Source: Dehalococcoidia bacterium (GTDB lineage: Bacteria > Chloroflexota > Dehalococcoidia > GIF9 > UBA5629). From it: a stretch of DNA of 64,000 nucleotides. The position numbers were made by a program, and so were the translations under genes. The stretch covers positions 242,383 to 306,382 of the forward strand of contig JBEKIW010000003.1 in assembly GCA_050011565.1 (NCBI GenBank), read 5' to 3'. The notes beneath the pieces were generated by a model, which was given only the letters and a program-made list of their open reading frames with translations, was not told the origin of the DNA and searched no databases. Below are positions 1-9,507 of the stretch, piece by piece (within the stretch, counting starts at the first letter, position 1; each line of letters begins with the position of its first letter).

Positions 1-578
1 TTAATAGCTCGCTCAACGATAAGACGGACCTCAGCATCACTCAAGGAATTCAGACTAAACACCCGGCATCTGGAAAGCAGCGCTGAGATAACTTCAAAGG
101 AAGGATTTTCTGTAGTGGCGCCGATGAGAATTACTACACCGTTTTCCACATACGGCAATATGACGTCTTGCTGAGTCTTATTAAATCGGTGAATTTCATC
201 AATAAACAGGATAGTACGCTGTCCGGTAAGCCTGCGTCTACGCCTGGCCTCATTCACAATGCGCCGTAAATCCGCGACTCCGGCATTGACGGCACTTAGA
301 GGGCTGAAATGCGATTTGGTAACGTTAGCGATAACGTAGCCTAAAGTTGTCTTGCCGCTGCCTGGTGGCCCCCAGAGAATCATCGAAGGTAACTGGTCTG
401 CTTCGATGGATTTTCTCAGCACCCGCCCTTTGCCCACAATATGTTCTTGCCCCACAAACTCATCGAAATTATGTGGGCGCATTCTGGCGGCTAGAGGTAA
501 ATCACCGGGCAATTCACCGTATGCCCAAACATCCTTTTTCTCCTTCTCCTCCTGCCCAGTCAAATCGAAAAGAGTCAT
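1..578 (-). CDS. rarA: Replication-associated recombination protein A (RarA/MgsA AAA+ ATPase), 5' part; runs off the window start
   Basis: Not in the ORF track. Manual translation from ATG at 578: MTLFDLTG...PLAARMRPHNFDEFVGQEHIVG...MILWGPPGSGKTT (Walker A)...LFIDEIHRFNKTQQD...LIGATTENPSFEV, all typical RarA motifs. Confidence 0.95.
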   Translation of the reverse strand, partial: MTLFDLTGQEEKEKKDVWAYGELPGDLPLAARMRPHNFDEFVGQEHIVGKGRVLRKSIEADQLPSMILWGPPGSGKTTLGYVIANVTKSHFSPLSAVNAGVADLRRIVNEARRRRRLTGQRTILFIDEIHRFNKTQQDVILPYVENGVVILIGATTENPSFEVISALLSRCRVFSLNSLSDAEVRLIVERAI

Positions 579-579
579 G

Positions 580-1689
580 CTAATCCGTCTTCTTCTCCGC
601 CTCCACCGCTGGGGCTAGCCTGGCTGCCCTGTCATAATAGCTTTTAATTCTGTCAACATAAATCAACTCCGAAACAAGCACTGTCACTTTGGTAAAATTC
701 TTCGAGCCATAGAAATTACCATCTCTTATTTCAGCATTGGGTGCCAGCTCTCGTAGGCGATTACCCAGAGCCTTAATCATGTCCACATTGGCTTTTCCGG
801 CCGGTGCCGAAAGTAGAAACAAACCCTTACCGGCATCTTCCAGCTTGCAGTCAACCGACAACCGCATTAAAGCCAAATCCATGGCTTCCATGACTCTGAA
901 CGTATCAGAGCTCTTCCCCTCGAACCCGGCAGTTCTTCTGAACGAAAATATAGAGGATTGGAACTGGGCCTTGCCGACACCTATTGCCGTCCAACCGAAT
1001 AGACTTTGCATGATATCACCGGCGTCGAGCACTTTCCCGGCAACATACTTCGAGCCGGCTATCTCGCCAGCGCAGAGCAGGTCATAGAAGGGCAAAACTA
1101 ATTCCCTATTCAAGCCGCCCATCTTTTGCGGTTGGGCTATGTTCCCCAGCAGCCCCAAACCCCCGTTATCTGCTAGAAATACAGCATCAGCCACCTTGTC
1201 AATGGTCTTTAGACACATAGCCGTATTGTGAATACGCTGCGCATCGTCCAGCTCAGAATCAAAGGGTAAAACTAGAAGCGCGTAAACCGGCTTATCGATA
1301 TGGCGCTCTTTGAGCATCTGAATCATCACCGGAAGACCGCCGGAACCAAGGCTACCGGCAGCGCCGGCAATGAACAGAAAGGCATCAGTATTTATGAAAG
1401 CACCCAGCCTCATGGCTAACATAACCCGCTCGCTTTCATGACGCATCAGCTTGGCTCCTGCTTCCGTCGACTTATCTCCCATCCCAAGAGAGCCGCGAAT
1501 AGGTACTGCCTTCAGCCAGTCCCATCCCGATTTAGTCAGTTCAGCCAGAACAGCCGGCTCATTATTAACGGCATAGGCGCAGGTAACTATGTTAGCGTGC
1601 CATTCTGCTCTCGCCATTTTATTTAACTCAGCGAATTCGCGAGCCAGTCTACAGCCGCAGTCTCCAACGCCGATAACCATCAATTTCAT
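580..1689 (-). CDS. Tubulin/FtsZ superfamily protein (CetZ-like) with a divergent GTP-binding loop
   Basis: N-terminal MKLMVIGVGDCGCRLA, signature region AGAAGSLGSGG, LVLPF, ADAVFLADN, T7-like VLDAGDI; 369 aa with no FtsZ C-terminal tail. Confidence 0.85.
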   Translation of the reverse strand: MKLMVIGVGDCGCRLAREFAELNKMARAEWHANIVTCAYAVNNEPAVLAELTKSGWDWLKAVPIRGSLGMGDKSTEAGAKLMRHESERVMLAMRLGAFINTDAFLFIAGAAGSLGSGGLPVMIQMLKERHIDKPVYALLVLPFDSELDDAQRIHNTAMCLKTIDKVADAVFLADNGGLGLLGNIAQPQKMGGLNRELVLPFYDLLCAGEIAGSKYVAGKVLDAGDIMQSLFGWTAIGVGKAQFQSSIFSFRRTAGFEGKSSDTFRVMEAMDLALMRLSVDCKLEDAGKGLFLLSAPAGKANVDMIKALGNRLRELAPNAEIRDGNFYGSKNFTKVTVLVSELIYVDRIKSYYDRAARLAPAVEAEKKTD

Positions 1690-1711
1690 GTTATTTCTAT
1701 CTCCTTGCCAA

Positions 1712-1740
1712 AAAGTAGCAGATATACACCGTTATGTCAA
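1712..1740 (-). promoter_or_regulatory. sigma70-type promoter for the tubulin-like gene and rarA
   Basis: TTGACA (1740-1735), 17 nt spacer, TACTTT (1717-1712) on the minus strand, overlapping the amrA stop codon. Confidence 0.5.
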
Positions 1741-2252
1741 GCAAACCTTTCCACCCGGAAACGATACAATCTTATCGGCTCCCCGGCTGATATGCCGGCT
1801 TTAGCCCGGCAAATTTCCATTTGTTCTTCAACTTTATCCACGCCTGCCAGGTCAGGCAACAACAGCCCGCGCCTGTAACCGCATTCTACAATCACACCAT
1901 ATTTCCGGGGGTCAAGCTGGTCAGTGCTTTGCACCGGCTCCGGTTCCGTAAGAATATCTACACTATATTCAAGGTCAACCAGCTCAGAGGTCTCCACCGG
2001 CATAAACCTTGGGTCCTGTGTAGCTGAGCTTATAGCATTGGCTACGATTTCCTCAGCTACGTTCGTCCTTGTTGGCATGAAAGTACCGATACAGCCCCTT
2101 AATTCACCGCGCTTCTTAATAGATACAAAAACTCCTGCCCTCTGCTTCATCTCAGCGGTAAGCTTCCGCGGCTTGAATATCTTGCCCTGGCGGATATACC
2201 TTTCTACTGCTTTTCGAGCTAATTCAACTATCGCAGGACGTGGTTTAGTCAT
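1737..2252 (-). CDS. amrA: AmmeMemoRadiSam system protein A (AMMECR1 domain)
   Basis: [22 protein letters not shown] and GLLLP motifs. Confidence 0.93.
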   Translation of the reverse strand: MTKPRPAIVELARKAVERYIRQGKIFKPRKLTAEMKQRAGVFVSIKKRGELRGCIGTFMPTRTNVAEEIVANAISSATQDPRFMPVETSELVDLEYSVDILTEPEPVQSTDQLDPRKYGVIVECGYRRGLLLPDLAGVDKVEEQMEICRAKAGISAGEPIRLYRFRVERFA

Positions 2253-2271
2253 TTGACTGCATTCTCTCCGA

Positions 2272-3075
2272 TTACTTTATTAATATTCCGGCATAACCCA
2301 CCACACTGCTGTAATCACCCGATGCGTCGCCGCTGGTCTGATACTTAACCAATTCTGCTTTTTTAGCGCCCATTTCCTTGGCCGCAGAGATAAGGCTGAC
2401 CACCGGTGCATAACCGCACATTGATATATCAAAATCAGCAACTCGTCTCAATAACTCGTCCTCATCTAAATTCAATATAGCCTCAATCGCCTTACTGTCC
2501 TTCTTCCTGGCTGACTCCTGAGGCTCATAATGCGTCATGTCGCTGCTGGCCAGGATTGTGACTTGCTTCTTCGACTCTTTTATGGCGGCGGCTAATTCCT
2601 TACCGATTCTCTTATATACATTCCCGCGAGCGTGAGCCAGAACTATGGGCACTATCCTAACATCTGGTTTGAAATACTGCAAAAAGGGCACCTGGACCTC
2701 AAGAGAGTGCTCAAATTGATGCGCCATATGGTCTTCTTCCAAATAGCTCGAAGATGTTAAAATTCGCTGTCCCAGCTCCGAGTCAATCTCCGTCTCACCT
2801 AAAGGTGTTATCCACGTGCCTTTGGTCATGATACTAAAACTTTTTCCTCGCCCGGTGTGATTTGGGCCAAGCATGACAAAGGTATCATTGAATTTAATCT
2901 CAGATATGACTGCTCCGGCTACCATACCCGAGTAGACATATCCGGCATGAGGCGAAATCAGCCCGATTACCTCAACCTTCCCTGCCTTGTCGTCTACCAT
3001 GCTCTCAATCATCGTCCTGAGCCCGTCCGATGAGCCCGGGTAGAACTGTCCGGCAGCAATCGGCTCTCTAATCAT
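2272..3075 (-). CDS. amrB: AmmeMemoRadiSam system protein B (MEMO1 family)
   Basis: [37 protein letters not shown] and VVGY motifs. Confidence 0.95.
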   Translation of the reverse strand: MIREPIAAGQFYPGSSDGLRTMIESMVDDKAGKVEVIGLISPHAGYVYSGMVAGAVISEIKFNDTFVMLGPNHTGRGKSFSIMTKGTWITPLGETEIDSELGQRILTSSSYLEEDHMAHQFEHSLEVQVPFLQYFKPDVRIVPIVLAHARGNVYKRIGKELAAAIKESKKQVTILASSDMTHYEPQESARKKDSKAIEAILNLDEDELLRRVADFDISMCGYAPVVSLISAAKEMGAKKAELVKYQTSGDASGDYSSVVGYAGILIK

Positions 3076-4135
3076 GCACTCCTCCTCGTGATAGTAAAAA
3101 CTGGCGAACCCAACCGGTCGTCTTGATATTAAGCTCAGACCCGCAAAACTTACACTTGGAACCGTCTACGCCAACTATGTCAACGTCATACCCCACCCGC
3201 TTAATCACCACGTTGCCGCAGCAGTAACAAACCGTGTTTTCCGCACTATGGCCGGGCACATTACCCAGATATACGAAACGCAGCCCAACTTTTTTGCCGA
3301 TATTGTAAGCCTTTTCCAGGCTTGCTATCGATGTCGGCGGCAGATGCATCAGGTTGTATTGTGGATAGAATCGGGTCACATGCCACGGTGTCAGCTCACC
3401 CAGCTCATCGCGTATCCAGCCGGCGATACCGTTTAGCTGCTCGTCATCGTCATTCATCGTCGGAATAATATTAGTCACCACCTCGACATGCATTCCCCAC
3501 TTTTTTTGAGCTCTCTTGGTAACGTCCAGTATGCCTCGCCACCGTGGAATTTTGGCTAAGTCACGATATAATTTGTCGGAAAAGCCCTTGATATCAACGC
3601 GCCAGGCATCAAGATAGGGGCCGATGGCATCCAGAGCTTCAGGTGTCAGGTAACCGTTGGTAACGTATCCCGTATAAAGGCCCTCTTTCTTGGCCAGTTT
3701 GGCTGAGTCCAGAGTATATTCGAACCAGATGCTCGGCTCGTTATACGTCCAGGTAATACCGCCGCAGCCGCGCTGCTTAGCCAGCTTCACAGCCTCCTCC
3801 GGCGGCAAGTAACGTGACTCATCTGACATCTCCGCCGGTGTCTCAATACAGGAAATCTGCCAGTTTTGACAATGTTTGCAGTGAAAATTACATCCCCAGG
3901 TGCCCAGGGATAAAGCTGAACTTCCCGGGAAAAAATGAAACAGGGGCTTTTTCTCAATAGGGTCAACAGCTACCGAGGAGGCTTGAGCGTAGTTGAGAAC
4001 ATGGAGAATACCGTCATCGTTTCGGCGCACCCGACAGACACCAAATTTGCCGGGGTTAATCACACAGCGCCATTGACAGATATTGCATCGTACCCTGGAT
4101 TCAGAAAGCTTTTCATAAATGAACACTTCAATCAT
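3068..4135 (-). CDS. amrS: AmmeMemoRadiSam system radical SAM enzyme
   Basis: N-terminal Cys cluster, DPIEKKPLFHF, GCNFHCKHCQNWQIS (CxxxCxxC), TYNEP; adjacent to amrB/amrA. Confidence 0.95.
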   Translation of the reverse strand: MIEVFIYEKLSESRVRCNICQWRCVINPGKFGVCRVRRNDDGILHVLNYAQASSVAVDPIEKKPLFHFFPGSSALSLGTWGCNFHCKHCQNWQISCIETPAEMSDESRYLPPEEAVKLAKQRGCGGITWTYNEPSIWFEYTLDSAKLAKKEGLYTGYVTNGYLTPEALDAIGPYLDAWRVDIKGFSDKLYRDLAKIPRWRGILDVTKRAQKKWGMHVEVVTNIIPTMNDDDEQLNGIAGWIRDELGELTPWHVTRFYPQYNLMHLPPTSIASLEKAYNIGKKVGLRFVYLGNVPGHSAENTVCYCCGNVVIKRVGYDVDIVGVDGSKCKFCGSELNIKTTGWVRQFLLSRGGVHD

Positions 4136-4306
4136 AGAACCGCCCCACGTACCAATTATATCATTTCAATACGACTATTATAATAGCATGCTTACACTCC
4201 ACTTATTGCTGAAGGCTTGGTTAATATATGAAGGGTGGTTGCACCAACTAGACAATGCCTAAAACTTGGTCTACAATTTCTTAAGAAAAACCTGAAAGGT
4301 GTAGAC

Positions 4307-5473
4307 ATGATACTAGAACTCAACGAAGCCCAAAAAATACTCCAGAAGAACGCCCGCGAATTTATGGAACGTGAAATAATACCCATTGCCGATGAATATG
4401 ACCGCAAATATCATCCAATGCCCAAAGATGTTGCCCTCGGCCTGCTCAAGAAACTACTCCCGCTGGGCTACGTGGGCTCGACTTTGCCCCCGGAGTACGG
4501 CGGCCAGAGTTTGGACCTCGTCTCATACGGTGTACTCGGAGAGGAACTCTCACGCGCCTACCTCAGCCTGGGCATGATTGTCCTGATACAGGATGGCAGT
4601 GTGCTCCCTGTAATAGTTGCCCACGGTACTCCTGAGCAAAAAGCCAGGTACATCCCCAAAATAATGTCGCTGGAAAAGATAACCTGCTTTTGCCTGACTG
4701 AGCCCGATGTCGGCTCCGGAGCCCGTGACTTGAGTACTTCAGCAACACTTGACGGAGACCATTATGTACTCAACGGTACCAAAACATGGATAACCAATGG
4801 CGGCATCGCCGACCTGGCACTCGTTTTTGCCTCTACCGACCGGAGCAAGGGAGCCAGGGGTATTTCTTGTTTCCTTGTCGATAGGGATGAATCACCATTC
4901 ACCAGCCGGGAACTACCTAAATTAGGCTGCCGCTCCTGCCCTACCTCAGAGCTTAGCTTCGATGACTGCCGTGTGCCTAAGGAAAACCTGATTGGCACGC
5001 CGGGCAGCGCCTACGTGCTGGCGCTTTCTGAGCTGGCTAAACTTCGAGTCGCCGTCGGAATAGGAGCCGTAGGTTTAGCTCAGGCTGCTCTCAATGCAGC
5101 CATCAAATACGCCCAGGAAAGAAAACAATTTGGCCGCCCTATCGGTAGCTTTCAGCTCGTCCAAGAAATGATTGCCGATATGGCTATACTGACCGATGCC
5201 GCCCGATTAATTTGCTTCAGAGCTTTGTATCTGATAGGTAAAGGCCAAACCCCGTTCAAGGAAGCGTCTATGGCCAAAGCCTACAGTACCGAAATGGCTG
5301 TTGAGGTAACATCCAAAGCCATCCAGGTCCACGGCGCCTACGGTATCTCCGAAGAATACCCCGTGGAGCGTTATTTCCGCGACGCTCGCACGCTTACTTT
5401 CCCTGATGGTGCTACACAAATACAGAAACTGGTCATCGGCCGTGAACTATTGGGCATTTCGGCCTTCGTCTAA
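4307..5473 (+). CDS. Acyl-CoA dehydrogenase
   Basis: CLTEPDVGS, NGTKTWITNG, RKQFGRPIG, AIQVHGAYG. Start moved to ATG 4307 after a GAAAGGTG RBS (ORF track starts at 4235). Confidence 0.92.
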   Translation: MILELNEAQKILQKNAREFMEREIIPIADEYDRKYHPMPKDVALGLLKKLLPLGYVGSTLPPEYGGQSLDLVSYGVLGEELSRAYLSLGMIVLIQDGSVLPVIVAHGTPEQKARYIPKIMSLEKITCFCLTEPDVGSGARDLSTSATLDGDHYVLNGTKTWITNGGIADLALVFASTDRSKGARGISCFLVDRDESPFTSRELPKLGCRSCPTSELSFDDCRVPKENLIGTPGSAYVLALSELAKLRVAVGIGAVGLAQAALNAAIKYAQERKQFGRPIGSFQLVQEMIADMAILTDAARLICFRALYLIGKGQTPFKEASMAKAYSTEMAVEVTSKAIQVHGAYGISEEYPVERYFRDARTLTFPDGATQIQKLVIGRELLGISAFV

Positions 5474-5488
5474 GGCCCTATAAAAACC

Positions 5489-6082
5489 ATGCTCGTCATT
5501 GGCCTAACCGGGAACTTAGGCACCGGCAAGACCGAAGTAGCTCAGATTCTTGCCGAACTCGGCGCTGTAGTAATAAACGCCGATGAGCTTGGGCATGAAC
5601 TCCTCCAACTGAGTACCCGGGCATATACGGAAATAGTGGCTGCTTTTGGCAAATCTATACTCAAACATAATGGAGAAATAGACCGTAAAAAACTGGGCCA
5701 GCTGGTCTTTGATGACCCCGCAGCATTGAACAAACTTAACCGGATAATGCACCCGCGGATATACGAGATAGTCAGGCAAAAAATAGAGGAATATCGCCAG
5801 TCAGGTGCCGGGGTTGTAGTCCTCGAAGCTGCTCTGCTTATCGAAGCCGGTTGGAAGCCGCTCCTAGACCAGGTCTGGGTTACCACAGCCCCCGAAGCCA
5901 CCATATTAGAACGGCTGAAGAAGGCCAGAGGGCTTAGTCAAGAGCAGATCCTGGCTCGCCTCAAGGCTCAGATGCCGCAAAAAGAAAAGATGAAACAGGC
6001 AGACTTGGTCATAAACACCGATTGCCCAATCGACGAACTTAGAGCCAGAATAACCGAATTATGGAACAAGCTCCAGGTCTGA
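5489..6082 (+). CDS. coaE: Dephospho-CoA kinase
   Basis: IGLTGNLGTGKT P-loop, IDRKKLG, MHP, EAALLIE. Confidence 0.95.
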   Translation: MLVIGLTGNLGTGKTEVAQILAELGAVVINADELGHELLQLSTRAYTEIVAAFGKSILKHNGEIDRKKLGQLVFDDPAALNKLNRIMHPRIYEIVRQKIEEYRQSGAGVVVLEAALLIEAGWKPLLDQVWVTTAPEATILERLKKARGLSQEQILARLKAQMPQKEKMKQADLVINTDCPIDELRARITELWNKLQV

Positions 6083-6099
6083 AAAGACCCCAAGTTACA

Positions 6100-6543
6100 C
6101 TACCAGTTCCAGGCCAGCAGTAAGGCAAGGACAATCCCCAAAATAGCCCCGGCAGCAACCTCAAACTTGGTATGGCCTATTAGCTCTTTTACACGCTGCT
6201 GAAACGCCGGATTACCTTTAAAAAGCTCCTCCACGATGTGATTCAGCATCGTCGACTGGGTACTTACCGTCTGGCGCACTCCGGCAGCATCATACATCAC
6301 CACCAGCGCAAAAAAAGCAGATATGGCGAAAACGGCCGAACCTACACCGTAAACTACAGCTACGGTCGTCGCCAGCGCACAGACCAGTGCAGCATGCGAG
6401 CTGGGCATGCCACCCATGGTAATCAGATAGGAAAAATTCAAATGCCTGTCTTTTATAGACTCAATAATAACCTTCAATATCTGAGCCACACACCAGGCAG
6501 CCGCAGGCACCCATAATGCTTTATTGCTTAAAACTGATTCCAA
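6100..6543 (-). CDS. Divergent PAP2 family membrane protein (DUF212/YuiD-like)
   Basis: GGMPSSHAA, VMYDAAGVR, KELIGHT. Confidence 0.9.
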   Translation of the reverse strand: MESVLSNKALWVPAAAWCVAQILKVIIESIKDRHLNFSYLITMGGMPSSHAALVCALATTVAVVYGVGSAVFAISAFFALVVMYDAAGVRQTVSTQSTMLNHIVEELFKGNPAFQQRVKELIGHTKFEVAAGAILGIVLALLLAWNW

Positions 6544-6789
6544 GATTTCTCCTTTTACGCGAGCTATCTGCTACTTAAGTTATCTTAAAGAGGTAAATTA
6601 TACCACAGACGCAGCTGCTATACTTACGAATTGACCTCTCTGGTAAAAGCACAATTTATTAGTGCTTTTCTTCGGAGCAAAAGAGCCGTCTGAATATTTT
6701 TAGCCAAGAGGCGCAGACCGGTGGAGCTCGACTAAATCAAGAGGATATCACGGAAAATAGAAGACCGTTTCATATGCGGCAGAGCGACT

Positions 6790-7497
6790 TTATTGAAGCG
6801 ACTTATAGACTTCCAGGCTGCCTATATCGAACCACACATCACTGAACAGATAAGCATTGACCTGGTCTATTTCTACCAGATAAGAGATAAAGTTGCCCAG
6901 ATTGTCCCCGCCCTCGGTACAACATTGAAATACCAGTGGAAATATACGGGGCGGGAAAATATAGCAGGCAATGGCGACCAGGCTCGATTCAGGCTTCATC
7001 GGCTTCTCAACAAGCTCGACTATCCTGTTACCTTCTAACCGGACGACGCCGAATTGCCCCGCCTTACTTTTATCACCGATATCATAAACAGCCACCAGAG
7101 TGTGTTCGCCCGTATAAGCAGCAATGAACTTACGCAGGTCGAACTCGAAGTAGTTATCGCTGGCTATGACCAGCAAATCATCGGTTATATTTTTAGTTTT
7201 AATCCAATAGTCCAGTGAGCCTACGGCACCAAAGGCCTGTTCCTCGGTTAAGACCGGCTCAACGCACAGGGTCACTACCCTGCCTATCTTATCTTTCCAC
7301 TGGCGAAAATCAAGTTCGAATTTCCGGTTGATGTTAACCAGTATATCTATATCTTGAGGAATCTTATCGATAATGTGGCTTATTACTGGTTTACCGTTGT
7401 ATTCGAGCAGCGCCTTCGCTTTACTTTTGGTCAGTGGATATAGCCTCGTCCCGAAGCCGCTAGCCAGTATCAAACATTTCATAAAACTGAGCTTCAA
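6790..7497 (-). CDS. Sugar-phosphate nucleotidyltransferase family protein
   Basis: ILASGFGTRLYPLT...K, EKP, WFDIG. Confidence 0.88.
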   Translation of the reverse strand: MKLSFMKCLILASGFGTRLYPLTKSKAKALLEYNGKPVISHIIDKIPQDIDILVNINRKFELDFRQWKDKIGRVVTLCVEPVLTEEQAFGAVGSLDYWIKTKNITDDLLVIASDNYFEFDLRKFIAAYTGEHTLVAVYDIGDKSKAGQFGVVRLEGNRIVELVEKPMKPESSLVAIACYIFPPRIFPLVFQCCTEGGDNLGNFISYLVEIDQVNAYLFSDVWFDIGSLEVYKSLQ

Positions 7498-7520
7498 CTA
7501 ACAGAGGAGTTTAACCTGAT

Positions 7521-8669
7521 TTATTTGACGCCCGAGGCTTCACCGTAGATGCGCTCTTTCCAGCGCACACCCAGGCCAACCACTTCCCGCCAGAGACCGT
7601 ATAGGCCGGCCGAGAACCAGAAGGAAAAACCTATCGGATGCAAGAAGGTCGAAAGAAGTGATTGCCTGAAATGATGTTCCACCAGCCAGCGCATAAAAAT
7701 AATCATCCCTATCTGAAAAGTAACGATGAATCGCCAATCGGTGGGAGCCGCCACCGAAAAGAAGCCACTCCACAACCAGTAGAAAGGGGCTAAATAAAAA
7801 ACGAAGGCAGCAGCTAGTAGCGCCACCACCGCCACCGGTGACAGTGCCGCTATGGAATATATCCACTTGACAAAACCCTCCCATATAGCCCCCACGGTCC
7901 GGTACATGCGACAAGAGAATACTGTAGATAAATCGACGGCTACATGCCTCCCTCCCTGCCGGACCGTTTCAACTCCAAGCCAAACGTCCTCAAGTATCCT
8001 GTCTTTCACCGCCATGTGTCCGCCGATGCGCCAGTATTCCTCTCTGCGGAAAAGAAGAAACTGGCCGATAGTCAATGACGGCCTGTGCCCTACGGAGCGA
8101 TGCAGCCACCATAAAGGCAGCCAGCTCATAATAACGAAATACATTATAGGCAAGGCTATCTTCTCAGGAAGAGATTCAGCCATCTGTCGAGGAAAACCGG
8201 AAAGCAGAGAAAGTTTAAGCTCAACGGCTAATGCCAACGTGCTGCGCATCATGTGTGGCTCACTTTTAGTATCGGCATCAAGAAACAGCAGCCAGGAACC
8301 TTTGGCATTTTCGGCAAGCTGGTAGCAGGCAAACGGCTTACCTGCCCAGCCCTCAGGAAGTGGTTGCCCTTTTAGCAGCCTGATACGGTCGTCTTTAGCT
8401 GCAATTCGTTCCACAATCCCAGCCGTGCGATCCTTCGAGTTATCGTCTAAAACTATAATCTCGAAGTTCGTATAGTCCTGTTTTTGTAGTGACTTCAGGC
8501 AGGTTTCTATATTTTCCTCTTCGTTCCGTGCTGGAATAAGCACCGAAACCAGAGGTGCTGGCCCGGCTATCCGGCTACTGCTGTCCGGTCTTCTCAGCGA
8601 CCTCAAATTGAGTATCAGATTAATGGAAAAGACAACCAGCAAGGCAGCAATTACTATTTGATATAACAT
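7521..8669 (-). CDS. Membrane GT2 glycosyltransferase (CrtQ/CruC-like)
   Basis: SVLIPARNEE, DDNSKDRT, LPEGWAGKPFAC, FLDAD, ILEDV; transmembrane segments at both ends. Confidence 0.88.
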   Translation of the reverse strand: MLYQIVIAALLVVFSINLILNLRSLRRPDSSSRIAGPAPLVSVLIPARNEEENIETCLKSLQKQDYTNFEIIVLDDNSKDRTAGIVERIAAKDDRIRLLKGQPLPEGWAGKPFACYQLAENAKGSWLLFLDADTKSEPHMMRSTLALAVELKLSLLSGFPRQMAESLPEKIALPIMYFVIMSWLPLWWLHRSVGHRPSLTIGQFLLFRREEYWRIGGHMAVKDRILEDVWLGVETVRQGGRHVAVDLSTVFSCRMYRTVGAIWEGFVKWIYSIAALSPVAVVALLAAAFVFYLAPFYWLWSGFFSVAAPTDWRFIVTFQIGMIIFMRWLVEHHFRQSLLSTFLHPIGFSFWFSAGLYGLWREVVGLGVRWKERIYGEASGVK

Positions 8670-8682
8670 TTCCTAAATCCTG

Positions 8683-9321
8683 CTAGTGGCGGCTTATGTG
8701 CGCTGTTCTCCTGGCCTGAAACCAGGTAATCAGCTTCCCCCTTAATCTCGGCCTGGTAGTCCTTAGGTCTTCGAAATGCTTCACCGCCAGTATCCCTATA
8801 ACACAAACAATAAACAGCGGCTCTAATGAAAACCCCTTTGTAACCAGTAAGTAAATCAACGTCGCCGTCATGGCAACCGTTACTCTCCAGGCATCAACAT
8901 CAATTAAAAGGTATGCCAAAAACATGAATATAACAAGTGAGATAAACATCTCATGTTGCGGCATTGCCAGCAGTACACCTCCTGTTACCGCCAGCGCCTT
9001 GCCTCCATTGAAGCTCAATATCGGTGTGAAAGCGTGACCCAATATGGCACTCAAGCCGACTGCCATCACCATTGCATCGGGCAGGCCGAAGTGATAATAC
9101 GCCAAGGCTACAAAAGGTACACCTTTTCCCATATCTAGAAATAAAACCAGAGCAAAAGTCCAGCGACCTCCGGCTCGCATAACATTATACGAACCCGGAT
9201 TGCCGTCCCCATAGTTTCTTACGTCCTTGCCTAATAGCCACTTCCCGACCCACAATGCAAAAGGACAGGCACCAAGCCAAAAAGCCAGCACGAAAAGAAG
9301 CGCAAAATAGAAAATATCCAC
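8683..9321 (-). CDS. PlsY-like acyltransferase
   Basis: DVRNYGDGNPGSYN, DMGKG, GHAF, GGKALA motifs; multiple transmembrane helices. Confidence 0.85.
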   Translation of the reverse strand: MDIFYFALLFVLAFWLGACPFALWVGKWLLGKDVRNYGDGNPGSYNVMRAGGRWTFALVLFLDMGKGVPFVALAYYHFGLPDAMVMAVGLSAILGHAFTPILSFNGGKALAVTGGVLLAMPQHEMFISLVIFMFLAYLLIDVDAWRVTVAMTATLIYLLVTKGFSLEPLFIVCVIGILAVKHFEDLRTTRPRLRGKLITWFQARRTAHISRH

Positions 9322-9507
9322 TCTACAGATACCCTCTAAGTATGCCCCTCTGTACCTAGTAACACAAGGTACAGATTAAACGATAAACCCCGCTCTGTCA
9401 ATAGGACGCCTTCATACGAAGGCTAAAATTGAACTCCTGCTAATGTCAATAGTATCATACAGGAAGTGCTTTTTCTACGGTGATAGCAAAAATTAACAAT
9501 TGCGTAA

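Noticed and set aside
347-618. Short plus-strand ORFs at the window start
   Set aside because: Antisense to rarA, whose motifs are clear on the minus strand
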